Positions 41,885-53,522 of a stretch of DNA of 64,000 bases are shown here, one piece after another; positions within the stretch are counted from its first letter, which is position 1, and every line of letters begins with the position of its first letter. Made by a program: the position numbers and the translations under genes. The stretch lies in assembly GCF_902713615.1 (NCBI RefSeq), contig NC_052157.1:146855171-146919170 (forward strand), read 5' to 3'. The notes beneath the pieces were generated by a model. It was not told where the DNA came from and searched no databases. It saw only the letters and a program-made list of their open reading frames with translations. This DNA comes from Scyliorhinus canicula. Its lineage: Eukaryota.

Positions 41885-42335
41885 GCAATAACATGGTACA
41901 ATATACAGCACCTTCAGACATAAGGGAGAACCCAATAGCTTCACGAGGATAATTGGACACTGAGCAGCTGTTAAGGGAAGCGATCGAAGCTATGGTCAAA
42001 GGGATAGGTTTTGAGGGGCCTTTGACACAGGGGAGAGGTGCGACATGCTGGTAGCGTTTCGGAAAGCCAATTCCAGAGCACAGAGCCATGATGACTGACG
42101 GCTCTGCCACTGCGAAGCAGGGAGAGAGAGGCCTGTGTACCGCAGCTCTGAATTTGAAGAACAAAGAAGGTAAGTTGGAGCACAGGTCTGGACAAATTTG
42201 CAGAGTTTGTGGCGAAGGCTATGGAGTGTTTGGAGAATTTCTAAATCAAAGCTTTGGGGAGGAAGAGGAGACTAGTGAAAATGGAGGTGAGTGAGACTTG
42301 CTCCTGGATAGAATTCAGGTGCCAGGGATTGGGAT
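41885..42335 (-). mobile_element. Old L2-type LINE 3' fragment
   Basis: Degenerate antisense of the 26845-27325 type. Confidence 0.5.
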
Positions 42336-42479
42336 GAAATAAAAACAGAAAATGCTGAACAGCACAACAAGTTGGACAGCAGCTGGAGAGAGCAATCATA
42401 TTTCCGATCACTGACCTTTCATCGGGTTGGGGTGAGTTGGATTCTGAAGGCTAAAGAGACAAAAACGTTGGAGAATTCC

Positions 42480-42795
42480 GACGGCACAGTGGTTAGCACT
42501 GCTGCCTCACAGCATCAGGGACCCGGTTCAATTCTGACTTCGGGCAACTGTCTGTGTGGAGTTTGCACATTCTTCCCGTGTCTGTGGGGGTTTCCTCCGG
42601 GTGCTCTGGCTTCCTCCCACAGTCCAAAGATGTGCAGGTGAGGTGGATTGGATATGTTAAATTGTCCGAAGGTGGGGTTGCAGGGATGGGGTGGGGGATT
42701 GGGCCTGGGTTGGAGTGCTCTTTCGGAGGATCAGTGCAGACACGATGGGCCTCCTTCGGCACTGCGGCGATTCTATGTTCCACTCTATTCTATGA
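42480..42795 (+). mobile_element. V-SINE, tail A
   Basis: Head, V domain, CR1-type tail. Confidence 0.88.
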
Positions 42796-42936
42796 ATTCT
42801 GGTCTATGGGGTGGTGAAGACTGGAGGAGGGTTTCGGACGGAAGAGAATGGAGTAGACGTGGAGCTGGTAATACATAACATCTATATTGTTTTGCTGCTT
42901 TGTTTTCCTGTCACTTAGCATTTTCTCTCTCTACAG

Positions 42937-43084
42937 AGCCACAAGCAGCAGTGGCGGCCTGACCATTTCCAGCCTACTAAAGGAGAAGGAAGGCTCCGAG
43001 GTCGCCAAGTTCACTGTGGAGGAGCTCTGCCTCATGTGTAGCATTCTCAGCACAGCAGAGTACTGTTTAGCAACGACTCAACAG
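42937..43084 (+). CDS. VPS53: VPS53 internal coding exon (148 nt, phase 2 to 0)
   Basis: ttttctctctctacAG acceptor; [49 protein letters not shown]; donor CAG|GTGAGC. Confidence 0.97.
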
Positions 43085-43127
43085 GTGAGCATCCTTTGCA
43101 GTACAGGAGGATTGGAGACTGGTCCAG

Positions 43128-43346
43128 GTAAAATGGCCACAGTCCCAGGCGACCATAAGCTACTTTCCCCTTTGAGAGGGAGAGCTGACTGGTGGTGATG
43201 TAATCACACCTCAGGCGAGGGGCAAGGTTGAGAAGGCAGGGGGGCTTTCATGAATAACCTCAGCTGGTACGGGGATTGATCCTGCGCTGGTGGCTTCGCT
43301 CTGCATCACCAACTAGCTGTCCAGCCAACTGAGCTAAACCGGCCCC
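43128..43346 (-). mobile_element. tRNA-SINE type E
   Basis: Reverse complement of the 27332-27545 family. Confidence 0.85.
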
Positions 43347-43635
43347 AGTGCGGAGAACGTGTTGTGGGCATGTGAGCAGAAAATAGCTTGCTTACAGAGT
43401 AACTCCTACTGTGTTGTCTATAATCTTAAATGCCAAACTAAAAACATGTTGCAGTTAAAGGATATGTTGGTAAATAGATTCTCTCTTTGAAGGAGTATTT
43501 TGTAACTCAGGCAGAGAGCAGACAGGCAATTGAAAAGCAGTGGGAGTTCAGGAATTTGGAAAGCAGGAAGAGGTCAGGAATTTGGAAAGCAGTGCCGTTT
43601 CCGAAAGTCAGCGAGAACAATGGGGGATAAAAGCT

Positions 43636-44690
43636 GTGTGGAGCAGCAAGGGGGGAGAGCGGTGAACCCAGTGTGGAGCAGCAAGGGGGGAGAGCGGTGA
43701 ACCCAGTGTGGAGCAGCAAGGGGGGAGAGCGGTGAACCCAGTGTGGAGCAGTGCAGGGGGAGAGCGGTGAACCCAGTGTGGAGCAGCAAGGGGGGAGAGC
43801 GGTGAACCCAGTGTGGAGCAGCAAGGGGGGAGAGCGGTGAACCCAGTGTGGAGCAGCAAGGGGGGAGAGCGGTGAACCCAGTGTGGAGCAGCAAGGGGGG
43901 AGAGCGGTGAACCCAGTGTGGAGCAGTGCGGGGGGAGAGCGGTGAACCCAGTGTGGAGCAGTGCGGGGGGAGAGCGGTGAACCCAGTGTGGAGCAGCAAG
44001 GGGGGAGAGCGGTGAACCCAGTGTGGAGCAGCAATGGGGGAGAGCGGTGAACCCAGTGTGGAGCAGTGCGGGGGGAGAGCGGTGAACCCAGTGTGGAGCA
44101 GTGCGGGGGGAGAGCGGTGAACCCAGTGTGGAGCAGTGCGGGGGGAGAGCGGTGAACCCAGTGTGGAGCAGCAAGGGGGGAGAGCGGTGAACCCAGTGTG
44201 GAGCAGTGCGGGGGGAGAGCGGTGAACCCAGTGTGGAGCAGCAAGGGAGGAGAGCGGTGAACCCAGTGTGGAGCAGCAAGGGGGGAGAACGGTGAATCCA
44301 GTGTGGAGCAGTGTGGGGGGAGAGCGGTGAACCCAGTGTAGAGCAGTGCGGGGGGAGAGCGGTGAATCCAGTGGGGAGCAGTGCGGGGGGAGAGCGGTGA
44401 ACCCAGTGTGGAGCAGTGCGGGAGGGGAGCGGGAACCCAGTGTGGAGCAGTGTGGGAGGGGAGCGGTGAACCCAGTGTGGAGCAGTGTGGGAGGGGAGCG
44501 GTGAACCCAGTGTGGAGCAGTGTGGGAGGGGAGCGGGAACCCAGTGTGGAGCAGTGTGGGAGGGGAGCGGTGAACCCAGTGTGGAGTAGTGTGGGAGGGG
44601 AGCGGGAACCCAGTGTGGAGCAGTGTGGGAGGGGAGCGGGAACACAGTGTGGAGCAGTGTGGGAGGGGAGCGGTGAACCCAGTGTGGGAG
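43636..44690 (+). repeat. G-rich minisatellite, about 30 x 35 bp
   Basis: Unit gtgtggagcag(caag/tgcg)gggggagagcggtgaaccca; 33-34-bp variants distally. Confidence 0.98.
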
Positions 44691-44789
44691 GAGAAGCCGA
44701 ACTCAGTGTGAGAGGAGAGGCCGGGCCCAGTATAATGCAGCACTTAGCCCATCACGTGCTGAACGGAATAATATTTTCAAATTTGACTT

Positions 44790-45208
44790 GAAGGCTAGTA
44801 CTACCCTCATGAGGACGCTACCTCACTTTATGAATCCAAGAGGAAAAGTTCCCATGGGAACAACAAAGGAGGACGGTGGGAATATGTGTGCTTGTATGTC
44901 CTAGGTCCAAACAGCGGAGCCTGGCCATGGATTCTCCTGCCACTGGACCAAGGCCATGCCCCGGCCACCCCACGTTACAAGAACTCACAAGGACACCTTC
45001 TATCTCTTACAATGAAGTTTGGGGCCTGGAATGTCAGGACCCTCGTGGACAATTCCAGCTGTGACAGAATGGAACAGCATACTGCTATTGTTGAATGGGA
45101 GCTCAGGCGTTTCAACATTGGCATCGCACCCCTAAGCTTCTTGTCACCCGAGAACTCATTTTTAATGTGGAAGCAAGTCATCCTCGACCCCAAAGGGCTA
45201 TCTAAAAA
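44790..45208 (+). mobile_element. Internally deleted (bipartite) RTE derivative
   Basis: 5' UTR plus MKFGAWNVRTLVDN...ELRRFNIGIAPLS fused near 45140 to the 3' end gtcacccgagaactcatttttaatgtggaagcaagtcatcctcgaccc, which matches the RTE 3' end at 7315-7375(-). Confidence 0.8.
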
Positions 45209-45863
45209 TATTTTGTAACATTGTGATCTGGCAGACAGCTATCTCATGAAGTCGTGTTGTTGGCATCGAGCTTTGTGTGACAGGATTGCATGGAGCTGTG
45301 CGCGTGACTGCCATGATTAACCTGAATGGCAGAAACTACATTCTTCTCTTTCTAATTCAAAGCTGCACAATTAATATACCAGATAATATAACATGTTCTC
45401 AGGGTGAGAAAATAGCTTCAACAAAATTAGACTTCTGTGTTGAGCTTGCTGACTTCCATACAAGCCGGGAGTACTTACCCTAAAATCTACCCAAGGGAGT
45501 TTATAGCAATTCCACCTGAGGCAGTAACTATTCCCAGTGCAAACAGCTACAAAACAAATGGCTTAGTTATGTCTGCTGTAACAGAAACTCGTTAATAATG
45601 TTAGTGAGTGACTTTGTGCATTACGTTTCTGCCAGTTCTTGGTTCATGACTGGTTCAGAGAGATAGCCAGGTGATTCTGTTTTGTTCAGGGCTAGGTGAT
45701 AACCCTGAGGTGATCTGATCTGACTTGGGCACAGCTGGAGTGCATCTCCTATATTTTGGCAGAACAGTTACATATTCACTATGACTTGGTTCTGTTGCCA
45801 TGCTAAAACAATAAGAAAGGCTACATTGCCTCAAGGCATACACTTGGGAACTTGGACATCAGA

Positions 45864-45888
45864 GTGTGTGTGTGTGTGCGCGTGTGTG
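45864..45888 (+). repeat. (TG)n microsatellite
   Basis: gtgtgtgtgtgtgtgcgcgtgtgtg. Confidence 0.8.
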
Positions 45889-46146
45889 ACATCCCATCGC
45901 CAATTCCAATTTACCAGTAACCCATTGACTGGCATGCCCAGCATTAGAAGTATTTAAATGTGGATTTTTAACACATGGTTCATTGAGGTTATACCTGGTT
46001 TTATACAGCTGCCATGCATTGTTGTAGACTGTCAGCAGGTGGTGTGAGAGGGAAAAAGACTCCGGCGGGGGGGGGGAAATAAAATGGTCTGAGAACTACC
46101 ATTGACCTTGGTGGTTTAAAATTTAGCCATGCCTCCAGTCTACATG

Positions 46147-46362
46147 ATGTGGAGATGCCGGCGTTGGACTGGGTTGAGCACAGTAAGAAGTCTTACAACA
46201 CCAGGTTAAAGTCCAACGGGTTTGTTTCAAATCACCAGCTTTCGGAGCACTGCTCCTTCCTCAGGTGAATTGATTTCTCAGGATTCACCTGAGCTGTGCT
46301 CCAAAAGTTAGTGATTCGAAACAAACCTGTTGGACTTTAACCTGGTGTTGTAAGACTTCTTA
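46147..46362. mobile_element. Palindromic Penelope-like terminal insertion with degenerate hammerhead motif
   Basis: Arms 46182-46270 and 46283-46364; 14-bp TSD ctcca(g/a)tctacatg (46133-46146 / 46363-46376). Confidence 0.8.
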
Positions 46363-47742
46363 CTCCAATCTACATGGGCTAGATAAGTCTGAACCATATT
46401 CATAGAGCTGCGATTTGTGCTTTTTAAAATAAACAACTTTTATCTCCACTATGAATTCTGTGCTCGTCAAAGTGAAGGATGTTGTTACGAGGAACATTTT
46501 TCATTTCAACCACCCAGTGCCAGCATCGAGCAGTCCCAAGTCCGTGCAGAAGGATTCAATGAAATATAAAATTCCCCCTACACCAAAGGTCTACTGTACA
46601 CCGTCATCAAACGACCACCCAAAGATTTGTACACCAGGCGCCCTGTGACTTCGGAGTGAAATTAACATTTAGTCTGGAACTATAATCATTACTTTATTCT
46701 GCTGCATGCTAATTACCACACATTCCAGCTGTAATGACATTGATTCCTTGCTCGGGTCAGGTAGTTTAGATAGTCTCTGCTGCTTTGCTCTTGCGGCCAC
46801 TTATTTATGCAGAAGCCCGTTTCCTCCTGCAGTCCAAAGATAGGCATGTTAGGGGGATTGGCCATGATTAGTACATGGGTTATGGGTATAGGGCAAGGAA
46901 GTGGCCCACGGTAGAGTGCTCTTTTGAAGGGTCAGTGCAGACACGATGGGCTGAATGGCCTCCTTCGGCACTGTAGGAATTCTATGGATTCAGTGTGCCC
47001 CATTAAACTGAGTCCCTAGAGTTTACTAGCTAATAATCAGGAATTCTAATTGACTTTCCACAGGGAAGATTGAGGGAAGTTGCAGTGTCCCCCTCAGTTC
47101 ACACAGTTTAATATAACTGGTTGCGGTTAGTTAATTGATGTGGAATGGAATCTTGGAGAACTTACCTGATCTATGTGGCTCAGGTCCTCGCTGGTAAACT
47201 AGCTCAGACATCACAGGAGACTCTATTCTGCCCTTCTGCTGTGGGATGTACCACTATGTGCTGGATGGAGACTGGCAAAATGCTTCCAGCTACAATCTGT
47301 GACTTATTTTTTGCAAAATCCAGATTTTATAAATGCTTCTGTAATTTTATGGTTGCATTGTAGTGTATGCCATCAGCAAACATCAAGACATATGAAAATG
47401 TGATCGAGGCTTCCGTGTTATCCAGTGTTCAATGTTACTATCGCAATGATTCAGGTCTCATCATTGATATTCTAACTGTGAAGTTGGGCATCTCCCCTTA
47501 TTTGAAAACTGTTGCGATTTCGCTTCCTTAACCAATGGGCGATAGAAACGTAGAAAATGGGAGCAGGAGGTGGTCATTCAGTCCTTCAAGCCTGCCCCGC
47601 CATTCATTACGATCATGACTCATCAATAGCCTCACCTACCTCTTCGCATCAAATGCTACGTCTAACTCAAACAAAAACAGGAAATACTGGACAATCGCAG
47701 CAGGACTGACGGCATTTGTGGAGACAGAAGGCAGCTAACAGT

Positions 47743-48082
47743 GGGCAGCACGGTAGCATTGTGGATAGCACAAATGCTTCACAGCTCCAGGGTCCCAGGT
47801 TCGATTCCGGCTTGGGTCACTGTCTGTGCGGAGTCTGCACATCCTCCCCGTGTATGCGTGGGTTTCCTCCGGGTGCTCCGGTTTCCTCCCACAGTCCAAA
47901 GATGTGCAGGTTAGGTGGATTGGCCATGATAAATTGCCCTTAGTGTCCAAAATTGCTGTCAGTGTTGGGTGTGGTTACTGGGTTATGGGGATAGGGTGGA
48001 GCTATTGACCTTGGGTAGGGTGCTCTTTCCAAGAGCCGGTGCAGACTCGATGGGCCGAATGGCCTCCTTCTGCACTGTAAAT
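47743..48082 (+). mobile_element. Young V-SINE, tail A
   Basis: Complete head, V domain and tail. Confidence 0.93.
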
Positions 48083-48233
48083 TGTGTGTGTGTAACATTA
48101 CAAGTCAGGATAACTGCCAGAGCTGGAGAGAACTGGAAATAGAATTTATACTGTGATGGGGGGGGGGGTTGGCTGGTTAGGGGGGCGGCAACAAGTGGCG
48201 ATTGACAAAAATGTCATGGGCAGAAATGGAGAA

Positions 48234-48724
48234 TGGCACGGTAACAGTGGTTAGCACTGTGGCTTCACAAGCCAGGGTCCCAGGTCTGATTCCCGGCTTG
48301 GGTCACTGTCTGTGACTGTGGAGTCTGCACGTTTTCCCTGTGTCTGCGTGGGTTTCCTCCCCCAAGTCCCTAAAGATGTGCTGTTAGGTAATTTGGACAT
48401 TCTGAATTCTCCCTCAATGTACCCAAACAGGTGCTGGAATGTGGCGACTGGGGGCTTTTCACAGTAACTTCATTGCAGTGTTTTTAAAAATAAATTTAGA
48501 GTGCCCCATTCATTTTTTCCAATTAAGGGGCAATTTAGCGTGGTCAATCCACCTACCCTGCACATCTTTGGGTTGTGGGGGTGAAACACGGGGAGAATGT
48601 GCAAACTTAACACGGACAGTGACCCAGAGCTGGGATCGAACCTGGGACCTCGTGCGCCACTGTGCTGCCCCTTTCATTGCAGTGTTAATGCAAGCCTACG
48701 TGTGACAATAAAGATTATTATTAT
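48234..48724 (+). mobile_element. V-SINE type B with an antisense type C (48483-48670) inserted
   Basis: TSD ttcattgcagtgtt on both sides of the nested copy. Confidence 0.88.
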
Positions 48725-49557
48725 GTAAATAGGGAAGATTTTTAAAATAAAATGCATTTTATTACAAACTTGTATGAAAGCAGGTTACAGCAAGCAAACA
48801 CCCCGGGAAGCATACTAACTGAGGTGATTAACGCTAAGAAGGGTGCTGATAGTGGCACACAAATAGATTAGCATGTGTGAATGGCAAACAAAGCTGAACA
48901 GTGTGTCAAAGGGGAACAGGGAATAGATGGGTCACGTGGTGGGGAGAGGGGATAATGGAAGAACTTAAGATAAATTGATAGAAATAGAGTGACGATGGGG
49001 GGAGAAAGTTCACCGTCTGAAGTTGTTGAACTCGATGTTAAGTCCGGAAGACTATAACTAATCGGAATTCTGTATATTAGTTTTATAATTTTGCATTCAA
49101 TTTTCATCCCTCTATCCCTTCTCTTGGTCCATCTCAGACATTTTGCGTCCCTTCCTTGACCTTTCTTTTCAATTTCTGGGGATAGAGGTGGTATTCCTCC
49201 AGTTTGTGCTGGGCTTCTCTGAAACATTGCAGCAGACCCAGGGTGGACTTGCGGCAGTGGGGTGAGTAGGCATGGCAAGTGACAGGAAGGTCTGGGTCCT
49301 GCTTGTGGATGGATCGAAGGCTTTCTTCAAAGTGGTCACCCAGTCTGCGTTTAATCTCTCCCAATGTAGAGTAGACCACATTGGGAGTAGAAAACGCAAT
49401 GGACCAGATTGAAGGAGGTGCACATGAAGCTCTGCCTCACTTGAAAAGATTGTTCTGGCCTTGAGATGGTGAACAGGGAGGAGGGAAAGGGGCAGGTGTT
49501 ACACCTCCTGCAATTGCATGGGAAGGTGCCAGTGGAAGAGGGTGATGTGTTAGAAAG

Positions 49558-49899
49558 CTAGAATCGTAGAATCCAGACAGTGCTGAAGGAGGCCATTCAG
49601 CCCATCTAGTCTGCACTGACCCTCTGAAAGCGCACCCTGCCTAGGGTCAGGCCCCAACCCTATACCTGTAACCCAGTAACACTACCTAACAGTTTGGACC
49701 TAAGGGGCAATTTAGCATGCCCACTCAACCTAACCTGCACATTTTTGGACTGTGGGAAGAAACTAGAGCACGCGGAGGAAACCCACACAGTCACAGGGAG
49801 AACGTGCAAACTCCACACACACAGTCATCCGAGATTGGAATTGAACCTGGGTCCCTGGCACTGGAGGCAGCAGCGCTATTCACTGCCACCATGCTGCCC
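49558..49899 (-). mobile_element. V-SINE, tail A
   Basis: Head, V domain, tail. Confidence 0.85.
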
Positions 49900-50185
49900 A
49901 TGTGGGTGATGGAGGAGTGAATCAGGATATCCCGGAGGGAACGGTCCCTGTGAAATGCTGACGGGGAGTGAGGGGAAGATGTGTTTAGTGATGGCATCAT
50001 GCTGGAGTTGGCAGAACTGGCGGAGGATAATTCTTTGAATGCAGAGGCAGGTGGGGTGAAAGTGAGGAAGAAGGGGACTTTATCCTGGCTCTGGGAGGAT
50101 GGGGAGGGGGTGAGAGCAGAGATGCGGGAGATGGGTCGGACACGGTTGAGAGCCGTGTCGACCACAGTGGGCAAGAGATTGTTGG

Positions 50186-50522
50186 GGAAGCACGGTAGCA
50201 GAGTGGTTAGCACAGTTGCTTTGCAACTCCAGGGTCCCAGGTTCGATTCCCGGCTTGGGTCACTGTCTGTGTGGAGTGTGCACGTTCTCCCCGTGTCTGC
50301 GTGGGTTTCCTTCGGGTACTCGGGGTTTCCTCCCACAGTCCAAAGATGTGCAAGTTAAGTGGATTGGCCATGCTAATTATCACTTAGTGTTCAAAAAGGT
50401 TGGTGAGGTTACGGGGAGGGTGGGGATGTGGGCTTGGGTAGGATGCTCTTTCCAAGGGCCATGCAGACTCGATGGGCCGAATGGCCTCCTTCTGCGCTGT
50501 AAATTCTATGAAATCTATGATA
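50186..50522 (+). mobile_element. V-SINE, tail A
   Basis: Head, V domain, tail ending aattctatgaaatctatg. Confidence 0.9.
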
Positions 50523-50781
50523 TGATGTAGGGCATCGGAGGAGTCATGAATGTTGATGGGAAGGGACTGGACAAGAGGCGGGAGTATGGAGTCAAGAGTG
50601 GAAAAATTAGTTTGGTGGGGCAGGAACAGGCTGACATGATGGGTCTAATGGTACAGGCCTGTTTGTGGATTTTGTGGAGGGGATAGAAGCAGGCTGTCTG
50701 GGGGATTGAAGTTGGAAGCTGTGGTGGGAAGATCTCCAAGAGGGGATGAGGTCAGTAACAGTATCTGTATCTATAGATAAT

Positions 50782-51400
50782 GGGCTAGATTCTCCCAAAA
50801 TGAAACTATGTCCCCACGCTGGCATAAAACTGGTGGAGTTTTACTTCAGAAATTCCTTCCAAGGAGCTGAACAAATTCAATGTGCTGCAGCGGGCTAGCA
50901 GGGACCCGGAGTGAATCTCGCAGCGTTAGCTGCGGATACAGACCTCCGCACGTCCGGGTCAGAGCCCGCGCGTGCACGTGGCGGCAGCCTCCAGCGGCTG
51001 CACCTTGCACAATGGTGGACTCGGACCGCGGAGCGACACCAAAAAAAAGAGACCCCTCGACCGGCCGTGCGCCTGAGCAACCCCCCGCACAGTTAATCGC
51101 CGGCCGCCTATAAGGCCGTCCCCGGTCTCCGATTCGCCCACCCCTGACTAGGAGGGTCGCGAACTGAGTCTGCAGCCGCCACGCCAGCATCCCGACCGGC
51201 ATTAGGTGGTTAGTTCCATGCCGTCGGGAACTCGGCCGGTCGAGAGCGGAGAATTGCCGGGAGAACCTCTGGCAATGGCCCCCCCGGCGGCGCGGCGTAC
51301 TCCGCGGTCACGCAGATTTTCGGGGCCCAGGGAATCGCCGGGCCCGATTACGGCGTGAATGTGGATTCTCCTTCCCCACGCCGGCTGCGATTTTTGGCAC
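50782..51400. mobile_element. GC/CpG-rich non-autonomous DNA element
   Basis: Begins gggctagattctcc, like the termini of the 25051-25740 and 33606-33795 elements. Confidence 0.6.
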
Positions 51401-51701
51401 AGGCTTATTTTGCCCTCAGCTACCCTGTGGTAACGAATTCCACAGGTTCACCACTCTTTGGGTGAAGAAACCTCGCCTCATCTCTGTCCTAAATGGTCTA
51501 CCCTGTATCCTCAGACTGTGAACCCTGGTACTGGACACCCCCATCATCGGGAACATCCTTCTTGCATCTATCCTGCCTCGTGCTGTTAGAATTTTATAGG
51601 TTTCTGAGGACCCCCCATTTGTAGGATGGGGCTAGAAATTTTTAAAAATTATTTGCAGGATTTGGGCATCGCTGGCTAGGCCAGCAGTTATAGCTCGTCC
51701 C

Positions 51702-52172
51702 TGTGGTGATGTGCATCACTGTAAATACACAAGGGGTTAATGTTAATACATGTAGACTAGCTAGACACTAGAGGGAGCACCAGAGACATCACAACACACT
51801 CAACCAATAGATCAGTTAGATAGGACACAACCAATGGGCATCCACGATACACACAGGTGACACGACCACAGGAGGGCATTACACCAACTTGTGTATAAAG
51901 GACACCACACACATGATCTGCCTCTTTCCAGTGGAGACAGTCAGTGAGTAGAGACACAGGGTTGATTTGATATCACTCCCACCACGTGGATTGTAGCAGT
52001 CTGGTTAGTCAGTCTGGGTAGCTATAGTAGGATTAACAGTAGTGTCGAACCCAAGTTATAGAAGTGTATGTAGTTTAATAAAAGTGTTGAAGTTATCTCC
52101 ATGTCTGATCCTTCCTTTGTCGAGTGCACCACAAGGAAGCCGCTTATGCTACACCTAGAGCATAACAAGACG
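51702..52172 (+). mobile_element. Solo LTR (471 bp)
   Basis: 5-bp TSD gtccc (51697-51701 / 52173-52177); TG start, CG end (probably mutated CA); two CCAAT, TATAAA (about 51894), AATAAA (about 52077); host LINE tail rejoins. Confidence 0.85.
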
Positions 52173-53292
52173 GTCCCTAATGACCCTTGAGCAGGTGGAA
52201 AATTGCCACCTTGAACTGCAACAGCCCCTGCAGGTACACCTGTGGTGCTGTTAGGGAAGGAATTCTAGGATTTTGACCCAGCAACAGTAAAGGATCAACA
52301 ATATATTTCCGTGTCAGGCTGGCAAGTGGCTTGGAGGGGAACTTGGTGGTGTTCCATGCCATAAATACCCACCTCTTGGAGAAATCATTCAGACTAGAGA
52401 TTTTCGCGGATGTTTTAATGCCATCAGTCAGTATTTTTAATTTGACAGTACAGCCTACTATTAGTTCAAACTTGCTGAAATAAGATGATTTAATAACTTA
52501 CTTGAAAGCAAAAAACTGGCTTTGATTTATCAGAGATAAGCTGCATTTCCTTTGCCTTGTGTTGCTGGGAAACCTTTCTTGAACCCTTCCAGTTTTTGTC
52601 CCTGTCGAGCTGACAATCTTGATTTCCAGTGAACTTAGAAGTTGTCACTCAGGACTGGCTGTCTTCGAGCAGTGAAAACAAACACTGTTTCAGTTTTGTA
52701 TGCTTTTTCAGCTCCCTGATTCCTGGCAAGGGAGGAGTGTGGTATGTGTACACATGCGCGCACACACACAAGAAACAAGGGCCGCATTCTCAAAATAACC
52801 CATTTTCAATGCATTACCACGATTCCAACACAAAAGGGAAATTGCAAGCAATTAGAATGGGCTGTGTGATTTTTGTGCTTGCATCCGCTGTTTGTTTGGG
52901 TTTAACATGGTCATTAAACTGTGGCAAGATATTGATTGTACTCTTGGCAGCTCTGATTTCCCTCTGGATAACGGATTTTATGTATGTCCCTTAAAAAAGC
53001 AGCCTCATCAACTTCATCAATGCTAGTTTTAAAATTGCACCATCAAAAATAATTATGATCAACTTTACCATTTTTGAGCAGGAATTCAGCTGTTTTTGTT
53101 ATAACAAAAATGATACATTAAATGATACATTCATGTACAGCATACATTACCCAATGTAAAATAAGCTAGATTGTCTGACTATAAGTAAGGTTATTGCTAC
53201 TTAAAGGGGGAGATTAGATTTTCTTTCACGTGCGAAGGGCTATGCAATTTGGACTGTGCTATTCCATAGAATCCCTATAGTATAGAAGGAGG

Positions 53293-53522
53293 GGCGGCAC
53301 GTGGCACAATGGTTAGCATTGCTGCCGATGGCGCTGAGGACCCGGGTTTGAATCCCGGCCCCGGGTCACTGTCCGTGTGGAGTTTGCACATTCTCCCCGT
53401 GTCTGTGTGGGTTTCACCCCCACAACCCAAAGATGTGCATGTTAGTTGGATTGGTCACGCTAAATTGTCCCTCAATTGGAAAAAAATAATAATTAGGTAC
53501 TCTAAATTTTTTTAAAAAGTGA
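53293..53522 (+). mobile_element. V-SINE type C inside a tail-A remnant
   Basis: 12-bp TSD tatagaaggagg (53281-53292 / 53523-53534). Confidence 0.9.

Larger units (their letters stand above)
47668..50770 (-). mobile_element. Decayed Penelope-like element (RT plus GIY-YIG) fragmented by SINEs
   Basis: PQTACFYPLHKIHKQACTIRPIMSACSCPT; VVDTALNRVRPISRISALTP..DKVPF; LGEIKRRLGDHFEESLRSIHKQDPDLPVTCH..LGLLQC..QHKLEEYHL; 3' terminus near 47668-47740. Confidence 0.85.

Noticed and set aside
43636-44690. CRISPR-like array (35-bp repeats)
   Set aside because: No unique spacers, head-to-tail tandem units, eukaryotic intron, no cas genes.
43507-44791. ORFs of 245-389 aa in three minus-strand frames
   Set aside because: Artefact of a 35-bp tandem repeat that lacks stops on that strand; the same peptide cycles through frames.
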